From: Schmidtea nova
Lineage: Eukaryota
Direction: 5' to 3'
Assembly (NCBI GenBank): GCA_044892505.1
Contig: CM097884.1
Span: 128,650,001-128,714,000, forward strand
Length of the DNA stretch: 64,000 nt
Shown in pieces: positions 35,756 to 50,329 of the stretch. Position 1 is the stretch's first letter. Every line of letters begins with the position of its first letter. The notes beneath the pieces were generated by a model that was given only the letters and a program-made list of their open reading frames with translations, had not been told where the DNA came from and did not search any database. The translations under genes were made by a program, and so were the position numbers.

Positions 35756-38699
35756 GAACAATCTATATATTTTTTAATATTTTAATCACGATTTTTTTAC
35801 TAACTCCGTCCAACACTGGAATTATTACTTATTCCGGAATTTTAAAAAGTACGAAATATGAAACAATAAAGCATTTCAAAAACGTCTTAATATTCTTTTA
35901 AAGATATTTAGATGGTTGCTCTTGAAATTGTGCATAAAAACTTGTTTATCATATGACCAGCTACTTTTAACAAATTTCCAAACTAACTCCTGACCCCCAA
36001 ATGGTCGAACATCCTTGTCATCAAGTTTATTTTTTTGTCTTTAAAGTTTTAACTAATTATTTATCAGTTTAATTTCTGATGTCTCTTTTGTTTTATATAA
36101 ATATTGCATTAATGGTGGTGTGCTAGTATCTATTGTACAAATAAACCGTGAGAAATTTTATTTTTAAAAACGCTTAAATAAAGTTTTACTTATGAAATAC
36201 AAATTATAATTTATTTTCAATATTACAATACCAACAAATCATATAGAATAAGACATTGAATTTGAAAATTATAATTAATGCAAATTTTGTTTGAATGAAA
36301 ATCTAAATTAAATAACAAAGAATAATGAAAATTATAATTTAATTGAGATGTTTGATTTTTTATATAATATAATTATTAACAGAAATTATTTAGTCTAATG
36401 CGTTACTTGATAAAATTTCTAATGACAGACTAGTTTAAAATTTATTCGACTCTCATCAATACCATGTAAGCAGACAAACAACTCAATTTTAATAATCACC
36501 CAATGTAGTTTATTTAAAATATAAATTTATTTCTATTTGATTATATAAACTGAAATTGATTAATGAATATTTGTGTAGAATAAGAATTTATTTATTTATA
36601 ATTATGAAAAGAACTAAAAATTTTATATTATAAATTCATTTTAAATACTAACAATATAAAATTTTTAATATTTTTATCTAGCCCGTTTGTCTAAAATGAT
36701 TTCAAAGGATTTGAATTAAAGATGTCTGCTAAGACATATAAAAAAGATATAATTTGTAAATCTAAAAGTTCTGATATCGGCAAAATAGAAAACATAATAT
36801 AAAATTCATAAAAATTGAATATGAATTTATAATATTTCAACCTCTCAAGGCAGTGTATTTTATTGAACTTTTTATATACTTTATAAAAGTAATATTATTT
36901 TAAGTTTCTTGACAATTTTTCAATATTTGTTATTTAAAAAATGAATTATTTGAAAAATATATTTGTATTTAAATTCGATTTTTCTTTATTATAATATAAT
37001 TTAAATAAATTTATCTGTGTAATAGATTTACCGTAACAACATGTTCAATTTTCACTGTAAGACAAGTTTGAATTTATAATCAAATGATTGTTCGTTGTGG
37101 ATATTTATTTATACATTATTTAATACATCATATTTCCTAAATATTTAGCAACAACAACAAATCATGTTATTTCTTATTTGAAAAAATTTATTCTACAACA
37201 ATTTATATAGTGAAATTATAATAATTTCTTGCACTCCAGCTTTTGTCCAATTATTATAAGAGTTGCGAGCTTTCTTTTATTACTTATTTAGAACCCGTTA
37301 CAAATTTATTTATCCAGTTATTTCAGTAATAAATATTATTTCAGTTGTAAACAAAAAGTTTTTCAAAATACCTCTTCAGTTAGGAAAATTTCAATATTTT
37401 ATAACAAAATCAGTAGGCAGTCCTGGAACAATGTTCCAGTCAAAATACATTTGTGACTGACTCCAGAATGAATCAGACAGCTATTCAACATATATTGCTG
37501 CCAAATAAAGAAAATTTCAATTATTATTAGTAACAAAATAAAAAAAACTTGAGAAAAATTCATTCAAAAAATTCCAGTCTAATCATAACTTGGATGATAA
37601 GGGATATTATTACCACATATGAAGTCCCTAATTTATTACTATTAATTTATTACTAAATCCTCTTTTTTATGTATAAATGATGATATTATAAATATACTGT
37701 TTTGAAAATATGCTAGAAACTGAAAATCTTTTCTAATTTATAACAATTTTAATCAGAGTCAAAAATGAACATGTCAAAATTTATTAGTTATTGAAATAAA
37801 AATTAGGTCTCAAATTTCATTAAAGTAAAATTTATGATTACTATTGGTTGTANNNNNNNNNNNNNNNNNNNNNNNNNNNNNNNNNNNNNNNNNNNNNNNN
37901 NNNNNNNNNNNNNNNNNNNNNNNNNNNNNNNNNNNNNNNNNNNNNNNNNNNNNNNNNNNNNNNNNNNNNNNNNNNNNNNNNNNNNNNNNNNNNNNNNNNN
38001 NNNNNNNNNNNNNNNNNNNNNNNNNNNNNNNNNNNNNNNNAATATATAATACAAATATATAATACAAATATATAAAACATATATATAATACAAAAACCTG
38101 TCAGTCATACATTTTACGATTCTATTTCTACTACTGAAAATCATCAGTAGAAATAGTATAATAAATTCTAAATGAAAAATTATTACAAATATTATAGAAA
38201 TATTGTATTTTATTGTTGGTAAGTTTGCAAAAGGAAGTGTAAAATATGCGTTGTTTCAACATATACGTTATTTTGAAGATAAAAACTTTCATATATTTAA
38301 TAATTAATAAAATAAAAAAGTACGACCGGCATTTGACAGACTATGGCTAGTATTAAAAATACATCTTATAGAAATACATTCTACTATAGTGCTACCTTTT
38401 CATTATAGCGTTTCAAATAACTTTCCTAAAATATATACGAGATAAAACAGATAAAAATGTAATTTTACTAATCGGCTATTAAGCATCATTCTGCGGTGTA
38501 CATAAATGAAAAGGACTTTTGTATTTATATTTTTCTATATTTTCTATATTAAAAAACAGTTTATTTTTCGCTAATAAAACAAATTAACTGTACTTACGTG
38601 TTTTGTTTATGGATAATTAATTTTAGATAAAAATATTGGAATTTTAAAAAATTAGGCTTTAATTTTAACTGAATCTCAAAATTGTTTGACAAATTAGTG

Positions 38700-39120
38700 A
38701 ACAGGAAGATAAGGGAACAATCTGACAGTAAACTACGAAATTAGAATAAGCGTTTATGAAGAAGCCATTTGCCTATTAAAATATTTCTCAAAAATAAACA
38801 ACCTTCAATTCTATATAATCATACTCTGAAATCTATCGGAGAAGAGAACTCGACAATAAACTCTAAAACTTTCAAAAGAATTCAGGCAATTAAAAGATAT
38901 CACTACATTCACTTCAGAAAACGTAGAAAATCTCTCAAGAAGTTTCCTAAAATTATTAGCGATGCAAGCAAATCGCCGAGTGAAATTCTTTAAAGCATTT
39001 TTTGAAAATGTATTGAATATACAGTTTTTCAGACGCAACGAGATATGACAGTTGAATCGGATACACTTACAAAACGCAAACTTAATGGATTGAGAACAGC
39101 TCCAGGAACTATTGTAAAAT
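38700..39120 (+). pseudogene. Heavily decayed Tc1/mariner-superfamily (maT-like) transposase relic
   Basis: RRVKFLKHF, then with a frameshift FSDERDMTVES, resembling the FSDEKxFTVE first-D motif. Many stops. Confidence 0.38.
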
Positions 39121-39761
39121 AATAGCAATTCATGAAGAACAAAATGATCACTATTTAGTAGATTTTTAAATAATGTTTGATGGTCGAGCTTTTAAAGAGA
39201 GCTTTAAAACTCAACACCTACAGGAAACATCTACTTTATAAAAGGAAATACAATCACAATGACTTTTCTTATGAAAACCCTTCTACGACATTACAACACT
39301 CGACCTAATACTTCTATGATAACTCTACAAAAAACGGTGATGTCATTTGAATCGAGGTTTGCCTTATTTTTCTTGCTTATTTATTCAATAACATGTTTCG
39401 GTCACTGGCATATATTTATCGTAGGCAGCCTTTTGTTATTGTTGATAACCTATATACCATCGATGCAATAAGAATTTAGTATAGATTATCCCTAAGGTAA
39501 AATGGACATCGGTCGGTGGAACTATCTAGCATAATGCATTACATTTAGATTTATAATATGTTTAGTTTGTTTGATAAATATGATACAAACTTATAAAGTA
39601 TACATTATAAATAAACTGACCAGAGGCCTTTATCAAAATATCATTTAAAATCGCAATAAAATTTAAGGACGTCTTGAATATAATAATTTTTATATTTTTA
39701 AATTTTAATTATCAGGATTATTAATAGAGAAAATTGTATTTTTAATTGCTAACCTTATTAC

Positions 39762-39901
39762 GTCCTTTCAATGAATTGGAAACGATTTTGCCTTCTTTTT
39801 GCAACATTCGGTCTTGATGTTGCACGTTTTTCATTTTGTTTTCTGGCTGAGAATTTATAGAATCAGGATTTGCAATTTCCTGTAAAATTAGTTTCAAGGA
39901 A

Positions 39902-39990
<89 letters not shown>

Positions 39991-40312
39991 GGACTTAATA
40001 TTACTAGTACTTTAGTTTTTGTATATGATTGTGCCTCATTTTCTTTCCTTGGTATTTCATAGAAAGTGCTTGCGTCTACTTTGTCATAAAATTGGAGCTT
40101 TTTATTTTTCTTTTTGGTAATCGTCTGAGACTAAATTCAGTTCAAAAAATTCAAAATGTACAAAAAATACATCGTCAGAATGAAAGTTTTTCTTAACTTT
40201 AATAGATTTTTTTTTTGATTTTTTAGAACTATCAATCAAATTTTCATAACCCTCGTACATTCGTTTGTTGGATCCTGATATGAAATCGAATTCTTGAAAC
40301 ATTTGTTCAATA
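39762..40312 (-). CDS. Three phase-compatible exons (40312-40171, 40130-40011, 39879-39762) of an unidentified low-complexity host protein
   Basis: GT-AG introns of 40 and 131 nt, both phase 0. Spliced frame stays open: IEQMFQEFDF...NFHSDD|SQTITKKK...YTKTK|EIANPDS...SLKG. Confidence 0.6.
39904..39990. repeat. (ATT)n microsatellite, intronic
   Basis: Direct reading. Confidence 0.98.
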
Positions 40313-42344
40313 CTAAAATAATTTACAATATTAAAAATAGTATCATCGATANNNNNNNNNNNNNNNNNNNNNNNNNNNNNNNNNNNNNNNNNNNNNNNNN
40401 NNNNNNNNNNNNNNNNNNNNNNNNNNNNNNNNNNNNNNNNNNNNNNNNNNNNNNNNNNNNNNNNNNNNNNNNNNNNNNNNNNNNNNNNNNNNNNNNNNNN
40501 NNNNNNNNNNNNNNNNNNNNNNNNNNNNNNNNNNNNNNNNNNNNNNNNNNNNNNNNNNNNNNNNNNNNNNNNNNNNNNNNNNNNNNNNNNNNNNNNNNNN
40601 NNNNNNNNNNNNNNNNNNNNNNNNNNNNNNNNNNNNNNNNNNNNNNNNNNNNNNNNNNNNNNNNNNNNNNNNNNNNNNNNNNNNNNNNNNNNNNNNNNNN
40701 NNNNNNNNNNNNNNNNNNNNNNNNNNNNNNNNNNNNNNNNNNNNNNNNNNNNNNNNNNNNNNNNNNNNNNNNNNNNNNNNNNNNNNNNNNNNNNNNNNNN
40801 NNNNNNNNNNNNNNNNNNNNNNNNNNNNNNNNNNNNNNNNNNNNNNNNNNNNNNNNNNNNNNNNNNNNNNNNNNNNNNNNNNNNNNNNNNNNNNNNNNNN
40901 NNNNNNNNNNNNNNNNNNNNNNNTCACGAAAGAGTGCAAAAGACCTTTAAAGAGTAATACTTACAATAAACATTATTGAGATTGAACAGAGTCACTAAAC
41001 TTATTATTTCGGGAATATCACGACAAAATCTTTTTGACAAACTCAAACATTACGTAAAATGATAAAATTGCAAAACGCGAATTGTGAGCAAAATTTAGTT
41101 AAAAGTTTATTAACTATTTTAGCAAAAAATTGATGATAAATAATATCATTCATTATCACAATAAATATAAAATACGAATGGGGCAGGATTTGGCAATTTA
41201 GAATATAATGTTTCACATGATTTTCATTGTCGTTTGTTATATTGTTTGTTAAATAGTTAAAAAAGTACTTTAAAATGAAATTTAAATTTTATTTGATACA
41301 ATTTTATTAATTTATATTTCGATCTATACCAGTTGCTTATTTGATTTAATTCTTAGTCATTTATAGAGTGAAACAGGAAGCAAGATCTTCCGGTATTTTA
41401 ATACTCTTGGAAAGGGTTGGTAAAGCGAAAATTGCAAATTTATTCGTTTTTCAATAAAATTCATCCAATAAAATTACTCTGAAATTTATCTGATTAAAAT
41501 ATTAAATATTTGTGCATGTTTAGTCATGAAAAAGCTCCATTTAAATCTGAAATAGAATAAGAGATGAAGAAGAATACGAGCATTATATTTCTCTTTCATT
41601 GGCTCCGGCAGTAACTGTAGTCGACCAACTGAGGTCCAATAGCAATTGTGTCACGGCCGTTTGTGAAGCATTAGCAATAATACCTTTACATACTTAAATC
41701 AATGTTCAAAATGCTTTCACCATAAGTATTTTAAAAGTTTTAAATTAATTTGTTGTTATCAATATTTTTGGGTTATGATTAGTTTGTATTTTTATTAATT
41801 TATTTTATACAAACGAATACATAATCATTATTTATGGCAAAAATACTTCTATTATTTAGACGCGTAGTAACCTGGTGATGACATTTAATCTATTAAAACA
41901 TTTATTAAAAAATATTTTTAAAATAATGTCCTTTGTAATTTAAATCTTGTTAATTATATTTTAATTACAATATATTAAATTATTAATTTAAATTGCATTT
42001 TATTATCATAATTATCTTTTGGTTTCACATTTAATCGCATTTTATTAATGTGTAAAAGCTGTGCTGAAATATCGTGTACTTAACAACTTATTAAACATTT
42101 TTATCATTAGTCTTACAAAAATAAAATGAAAATTATTGAATTAAAAAAGAATTTTTTTTTTAAATCGTTTTTTTAATAATTTGCATTTAATTTAAATTTT
42201 TAAAATTTTAATGAAATAAAAGTCCAATAAATTAAAATATTGTTCTGTTGTTTTTTTATTTAAATTGTTTATTTGAAATTATTAATTTTATGTTTCTGCT
42301 TAATGTTTAATGTATATAATTTCATAAAAGTTTACTTTGTTTAA

Positions 42345-42586
42345 CCTTTTCACTTCGCAATTGTCTTTGAGAATTTATGCTCGCTTTGCGCACATATTTT
42401 GATGATTGTGGGTTTATTCATGTAGAAAGGTTAGTCGACACTGATTTTCATATACTAAAAGTAGCCGTGTTAAAATAGTTGTGTTGCTTGGGGAACAATT
42501 TAAAAACACAGCTTGAGTTAAATCGCTCGGAGGGTCTGAGCCACAGTTTTATTTTACGAATATATACGGCTTAAGCAGTGAAAGAG
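42345..42586. mobile_element. piggyBac-type MITE, 242 bp, TTAA TSD
   Basis: TTAA|CCTTTTCACT...AGTGAAAGAG|TTAA. Confidence 0.75.
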
Positions 42587-43099
42587 TTAAATCTTTTTTT
42601 TATTTATGCTTTTTTATGATAAAAGAGAATATTAGACAAAAATGACCTTCAAAGTTTTCAAATAGCTAAAGTAGCTCCCAACCTCATAAAAGCTGGACAT
42701 CATTACATTAATTGAATTATTTTTCTTTATACTTAAAAATTTGCCCCAACTTATATTTTTTATTAAAGGTTGAAATAATAGAAATTATAATACAATTTAT
42801 AATAAAATAATCGATGAATGCTGAAGAGGATAAAAGATTTTACTCATATTTTTATAAATCTTCAAATTTGATCACCTTTGTACATCTATTAAGTTACAGA
42901 AAAATTCATTACTTGCATAGTACCCCTAATACCTGGATAACTTTCTATACATTATTCAATTGATAAAAATATAAAATAATTCAAAGAATACTCTTGTAAA
43001 ATATATTCAATTCTTCAGAAAACCTTCTAAATCTTCCTGCAAATCCTCAAATTTAGAAAATTAGAGTGCTTGGCAAAATAAAAAAGGTCATCATAAATT

Positions 43100-43640
43100 C
43101 TGTATTATATACAGGTGTTGAGCTGGTAGAAGTGAAATAAAATTCTTATTTTAATGCGCCGAAAATTAGTGCACACAAAGAGGGAGAATTCAAAAGTCAC
43201 GATAATACATAAGAACATTAGGCAGGAAAATAGCACAAAAGTATATAGAATATTAAAGCACAATTAAACAGAAATAGTATTATGTCGCATTTCATAATTC
43301 GGTCGAGATAGAGATAAAAAGATAAAAAAGAGGCATCTCAAAAGAGAGCACACAATTTGAGTGAAGCTTAAATTTACATATGAAAGACTGCACGAAAACT
43401 GAATGGAGAAGATAATTGCTCGTATATTAAATACGAAAAAACTGATCGATGATAAATTTATTATTAAAATAAAGAGAATAATTTATTAAAAATTATAGAA
43501 GAAATCCCCATTAAAATATCGATAAAATTACAGAGATAGGGACGGAAATAGGAAAATTTGATTATTTATTCAATTAATGCGCAAAAAATGACGCCATATT
43601 AAACACAGACATGATTAGGAAGAATTAAAAATAAATATTT
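43100..43640 (+). pseudogene. Decayed LTR-retroelement integrase relic
   Basis: KMTPY*TQT*LGRIKN near 43590 resembles TTPYHPQTNGxxER. Purine-rich coding-like bias upstream. Confidence 0.4.
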
Positions 43641-44299
43641 AGAAAATAAATAAATTATAAAATTAAATTTACAGAAAAACAAATAAATAATTCATTTATT
43701 AAAATAAATAATTAAATATTAAAATAATATATAAATTTAATTATAAATATTTTTATTTAATGAGCATAAGGGGTAGGTGTCTTACAAAAATAGTATAAAT
43801 AGACTCTGAAAAATCGTAACTTAAGTTAGTTTTGCTAACAGATACTGATTTTTCCAATTATTTTCTCGCTCGCCAGACATTAACAGAATTGAAGTTGATC
43901 ACTCTAGTTTTGTTATTATCGTAATTATTAAGTTTGTAATGCACAAAAAATTTGAAGTATAAGTTGTTTAGTTTTTTCGTTGCTCCTACTCATTTGATTG
44001 TCCCGATTAAACTGATTTAGGAGGAGCTCTGTCGGCTCACAGACCGCTAGTTCCCTATCGGTGAAGGTTCTTGAACCGAATAGTCGGGTCAAGTTTTCTG
44101 ACCATCGGCATAATAAATTTTATAAAATGTTTGGACTAAAGGAGAATTAGTGGATATTGTTGAAAAGTGAACCAGTAGGAATAGACGAGGTGTTATTCAG
44201 ATATTTAATAGACGTTAAATATCATAAAGTGATGATATAATAATTTAAGAGTTGATAAGTATAGCAGGAACTGTGAAGCTAAAGAGTAATTATCAGCCT

Positions 44300-44560
44300 A
44301 AGACATTCGATTGGCAGCAGGAACCCGTAAGAAAGAATAAAATGAAGAGTTATTTTGGCAAAGCTCACCTGCTCATTGAATTCTCGCCCCACCGTGTACA
44401 TGACCAACATAATTTACCAAGGAGTAACTATGGGTACACAAGTGAGGGAGATTTAACATTTTCATGATGGTGTTTGGGTTACCATAATCTCTAGTAACAA
44501 CAATGTTTAGCAACACAGCCTCAAAATAATAAGTAGAGTTGGGTTTTATTTTGTGGGATA
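44300..44560 (+). pseudogene. Possible PLE RT relic
   Basis: TVYMTNIIYQGVTMGTQV resembles RT motif B (YxQxxGVAMGT). Confidence 0.38.
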
Positions 44561-45959
44561 TTTTCAAAAAAGTTGTTTCTGTCCTCTTTGAAAAAGAAAA
44601 ATAGCATTGTGAATTTTCATTTTTGCAGTGAGAAATCAGTTATTTATACCAAATTCAGTCAAAACTTATTTTAGTCATATTTTCAATGGTTCAGCAAATG
44701 TTCAATAATTCCCATTAACAGAAAAAATATTATTTCATTTACACATTAAAATAATCACAAAAAATTATAATGTTTTTTTAATTAAATTTTCATACCGATT
44801 CGATAAGTCTTCATTATTCTTTTTCAGTTCTTCATTTTCTAAAGATAAGAAATTGCTTTCTTCCTGAATTAAAATTTGTGTGGGCTAAAGATAAATAAAA
44901 TTATTTATTTTTCTTATTAAATCCTGAAACTTTAAGAAAACATTTTTTTAAAAATTATTATAATAGTAATAATTTAAAATATTAATACCAAGAATGATAT
45001 TAATAGTAAAATAAATATGAAAATATGAAAAATATTAAAATAATGTAAAATACATACGATAAATATAATATGATGACAATAATAAATATAAGAANNNNNN
45101 NNNNNNNNNNNNNNNNNNNNNNNNNNNNNNNNNNNNNNNNNNNNNNNNNNNNNNNNNNNNNNNNNNNNNNNNNNNNNNNNNNNNNNNNNNNNNNNNNNNN
45201 NNNNNNNNNNNNNNNNNNNNNNNNNNNNNNNNNNNNNNNNNNNNNNNNNNNNNNNNNNNNNNNNNNNNNNNNNNNNNNNNNNNNNNNNNNNNNNNNNNNN
45301 NNNNNNNNNNNNNNNNNNNNNNNNNNNNNNNNNNNNNNNNNNNNNNNNNNNNNNNNNNNNNNNNNNNNNNNNNNNNNNNNNNNNNNNNNNNNNNNNNNNN
45401 NNNNNNNNNNNNNNNNNNNNNNNNNNNNNNNNNNNNNNNNNNNNNNNNNNNNNNNNNNNNNNNNNNNNNNNNNNNNNNNNNNNNNNNNNNNNNNNNNNNN
45501 NNNNNNNNNNNNNNNNNNNNNNNNNNNNNNNNNNNNNNNNNNNNNNNNNNNNNNNNNNNNNNNNNNNNNNNNNNNNNNNNNNNNNNNNNNNNNNNNNNNN
45601 NNNNNNNNNNCTACAAGCTGAAAAGAATTAATAAAGAATAATAATTTTAAAATGATAAAATATATATAATTTTTTAAATAATGAGAATAGTATTAAAAAG
45701 AAATATAAGAGTAAATAATTTTAAAAAAATATTTAAAAACATTAATTATAAAATTATGAAAAATAAAATAACAACAGTATTACTAAGTAAAATAGCAAGA
45801 TGTTGAGGATACCTAAATAATAAATAAAATATTGTCACAAATAAATAAAATAATTTTTTGAAAATGTACAGGGTAAATAATGTAATGTTTTGAAATTCGT
45901 GGAAGGAGGAAAGAAGAGCAAAAATATAGAAATGAGAAGTTGGCAGTGAAATAAAAGAA

Positions 45960-46600
45960 ATCGAGCAATTAGCCAAGAAAGTTCATTCCTAATTAAGAAG
46001 TACAAAAAGGGAAAATAAATTCAAAAATCGAAAAACAAAAACAAGAGGAAAATTCATATCTTGACAGCTTGTCAGAGATGTCAGGATTGCGAGAAAAGTC
46101 GGTATAAAAAAATCGGAGCATGGCATATCTCGACAGCTGTCAGATAGGATCTATGTAGGATCTATGGAGAATGCGAGAGGAAAAGATTGAAAAACAAAAT
46201 TATTTCAAGTATCACAAATTTGACGAACTATAAAAGGAAGAAACAGCAGTAGACGAGGAAGAAGATATAGTGTGAGATTCAAAAGGAAATCTGCGAAGAA
46301 AATTGAAATTGAGAAAAATCAGAGTATATTATTAGAAAAGTAGATCAAAGAAAAATTTGAGAAGATTAATGAATTTAGCTAACCAATAAATTAATTACAT
46401 AAAAGAGTTGAAGTTTATTAAGCTAATTTCCAAGTCAAAGCAAGAAAATAATTAATAAATTACCCATTATCGAAGCTAAATCGGTAGCCAATGATCGTTA
46501 GACAGAGATATTATACACGAGTGCTATTCCTCACAGTGTCGTAATAAGCACCGTATATTATTGATTGATTGTACCAGTGAATTTTTGTGAAACTAGCTGT
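45960..46600 (+). pseudogene. Possible decayed integrase relic
   Basis: ACQRCQDCEK followed by RIYV..MENARGK. Weak and full of stops. Confidence 0.28.
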
Positions 46601-46943
46601 GAAATCAATAAAGGTTCCTGTTATTAATCATTTTTTATTGATAAAATAAACACGCTTGGAGTCAGAGAATTAAATATTAAATTTCAATTTCACCAACAAC
46701 CCAATAACCCAACAAAAATAAAAAGAATATGTATATAACAAATAATAATAACAATAATAATAACAATAATGATAATAACAATAATGATAATTATTATAAT
46801 TATTATAATAAACTTAACAATAGTATTAATAGTAAAAATAAGTATAAAGGAAAAGAAAAGAAAAAGAAAATAATTATAATTATGTAATAATCATTTATAT
46901 AATGATAATGTATATATAAATAATTGATAATTTGGATTCAAAA

Positions 46944-47558
46944 GTGTATCCGACAATAATATTGATCACAAAACCGCGATCACAAAACCGCAATCACAAA
47001 GCATAGATAGAAAAATAGTGATTCGTCAAAATAGCGATCTCGAAAACGAATTTTTTAAAATTTTAATTATTAAAAAATCAATGACGTGTAACATTTACTA
47101 GCGATGATCTAAACGGTATTTTAAATTCGCGTAGAAAAGGGTAAAAAAGTGCTCCATTTTTTGTTCACGAACTTTTGAATTATTTTGTCGTTTTTCTACA
47201 CGATCTACCAAAAACCAACTATGTGGTTGAAGGATTACAACCAGCATTCAGAGAACTAATTTGAGTCAATCATTCAATTATTTGGAAATGTATTGATGCA
47301 ATTAAAACAGAACCAAATCTAGCCGCAGGATAACCACAAAATCCTTTTTGGAGAATCTAAGAGATACTGCGTAAAAAATAAAAAACGTCCTTAATTATAC
47401 TAATATATCGATATTGGATTATCTTCATGAAATTGGACATTACTTGATTCTTCAAATTAAACATTTTTGCTACTGTTTATTATTTTATTCAATTAAAAAT
47501 TAAAAAAGAGCTGTTTTGATGATTGCTATTTCGTGATCACTATTATTAACGTAAATCC
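46944..47558 (+). mobile_element. Internally deleted MULE (Phantom-type structured ends)
   Basis: Inverted ends AATAATA.TGATCAC with tandem GATCACAAAACCGC units. 47205-47321 reads LPKTNYVVEGLQPAFRELI*VNHSIIWKCIDAIKTE, matching the MULE RTNNxxEGWH...HPxIWKFI motif. No clean TSD. Confidence 0.75.
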
Positions 47559-50329
47559 TCATAATCCATAGGTATCTTATATAATCATTTACGTGAGATT
47601 ATAAATATTTTACCAAAACTCACTCTAATTATTACGTCATTTAGATATTTAGAAAATCGAGTCGTTTGCTTGATAGTGAAAATGTAAGTCAAATAACATG
47701 TATAAAATTTGTCTTACCACTTGTCTAAGGCGATGGTCACTGAAATATAAAAATGAAGTTATTGATAATCCGCAAATAATTTACAAATAAGTTTTTATAA
47801 CTAACAAAAATCAAAACAGAAGACAAACGTTTAGACACAACATTAATAATAATTAATACCGTTCATATTAGTAAAGTAATTAAGATGCCTTAGGAAATAG
47901 AAAATAAAATATAATTATGCAACGTTTATATATGTTAGATAAAATTTTAAGGCTAAAATTACCTCATAATAATGAAACAATATCTAGAATTGAAAAATTT
48001 GATAGAGTTAGTTCTCTTATGGGTATTAAATTATTAATTAACTGTTAATTATTACTTATAAATTCATTTCCTTCCAGATATATTTCTTAAAAATGTATAT
48101 ATCTTTAAAAAGCTTAATATAAATTTTCAAATTATAATTGCGGCGATACTAAGGCCATTTGTTAATTTAAACAAATTTAGCATTTTGAAAATTTGAGATA
48201 TTGTCAGAATTAGTTCTGTGTAAAATTTAATTTGGACGTTTAAAATGAAAATTAGATTTTTATATTAATTTAAATATTTAATAGTTACTTTATATTTAAA
48301 ATATAATTACTGAAGATATGAATTAGAGAATAACTGAAGTCTTAAATTAATAAAAATTATATTATAAGACAGTCTCTAACTGTGAAAACTTTGCCGAATA
48401 TATTATGTTACGTGAGTATAAAAAAATAAAAGCAGTAAATTATATTTCAATAAAGTTAAAAAACTGTGTGATGATTTTTGTTAAATATAAATGTGTTGAC
48501 ATATTTACAAAAAATATAATTTCTGTTTGAAAAATTTTTTTAGCAATTTTTTTGATACATTTCCAACATATATTTTGTTCGGCTTTGATCTTTTTATTTC
48601 CACTTCAGAATTTTTCAAATTTTCAAAGAACTAGATCAACATTTTCTAAATTGGCATATGAATATTTTTCACAGCTTTTTAAAGGTGTGCCTATGCAAGA
48701 GTGTAAATACGCATATGAAAAAAGTTGTGCTGGAAATTTATGAACAAGTATATAAAATTTTGATTTAATTTCTAAAAAATTAATTCATTATTGTTCTAAT
48801 TATACTATTCAAATAAATGTTGGTAAGTGTCTTTATACTTATACTCTTTCATAGAAATTGAATGCACTTATTTAAAATATTACATATTTTATTGCTGTGA
48901 TTTCGGAATATTAACAATTAAAATTTTATTTAATATAGTTCTAAAGATCTAAAATTGCTAATGTGTTTAAATATCACTATTTTCTCTAATAATAAATGTT
49001 TTAAATGATGTCCTCTTATTATTTTTTAATAAACAAAAAGTTAATAGCTACACAAAAAATATACTGATACTTTTTTTGACATTATTAATTGTGATCAATT
49101 TAACTGTTCTTTTGACTGACGCATATAATTTATACCAAGAACACTTGAATCCTTTGGTAATTATTTTGATAAACTTTGGACATGAAAGTGAAAATATGAA
49201 TGAAAAATAAATAAATAAATATATTAATTCATAAAAAGATACAGTAATTTNNNNNNNNNNNNNNNNNNNNNNNNNNNNNNNNNNNNNNNNNNNNNNNNNN
49301 NNNNNNNNNNNNNNNNNNNNNNNNNNNNNNNNNNNNNNNNNNNNNNNNNNNNNNNNNNNNNNNNNNNNNNNNNNNNNNNNGAAAAGATATTTGCAATATA
49401 ATAAATAAAGTTTCATTTAATAAACATTTGCCTTCATCCTGGTGGACAAAATTATTTATTTGTTTGGAAAAATTTCTCAAAAAATTCTAAAACTTCGATT
49501 AAATGTTGGAGCTTAATATTCCTCTTAACTTTTTACATCATTAATTATTATGAAGATTAATGTGGAATCTTTAATTTATATTTTTATTTATTTATTAAAT
49601 AAATAAATTTATACTTTAATTATAAACAAATGTAATATCGATATTTCACAAAATAAATAATGAAGAACTAAGGAGCACAAAACAATTATGATTAGTATTT
49701 TGATCGTTACTTGAAGAAAGAGAACCCTTGTTTTACATTATGAAAGTATATCAGTCTTTTAACAAAAAAGTCAAATTAAATGTTAATTACTATGAAATTG
49801 TTGAATTTAAAATACACAATAAACAAAAGACGAGTCTTCTTTCTGTTCTAAGACAAACGGACAAGTTTAATTAGTGACACTTGCATTAGAGCGTGATAAT
49901 TTCATTCGAACACTTGTCAATCTGTTTAAAGAAATCACTTTATTAAAAATTGAGCAAAATAAAAAATCTGAAACCCGATCCAATAAATCTTTTGCAAAAA
50001 ATCACTGAAGCATTCACTGTGATAAATGACGAATTGATTTTAGACTAAAAAAGAAAAAAAAGAAATTTCAAACTTGTAAAAGATTTTTTGAGACTTAGAT
50101 AAACTCTTAATAAATTTACACATTCACTCTTAAAATGTAATTAATAATATTAAAATTTTTAATTAAAATTGACAAAATGCCATTTTTAGAGTAAAATATA
50201 TTATTTCCCAGTAGTTTTCGTTTACAACTTAATTAAAATAATTTTCTGTGTGAATCAGAAATAAATATATTGAACTTATAATAACCTAAAGAATATTTAA
50301 GTTATTAAAAATATTATTGATATTATTTT

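Noticed and set aside
48552-48743. KIYVGNV RRM-like motif or 63-aa ORF
   Set aside because: Isolated 7-residue match surrounded by stops.
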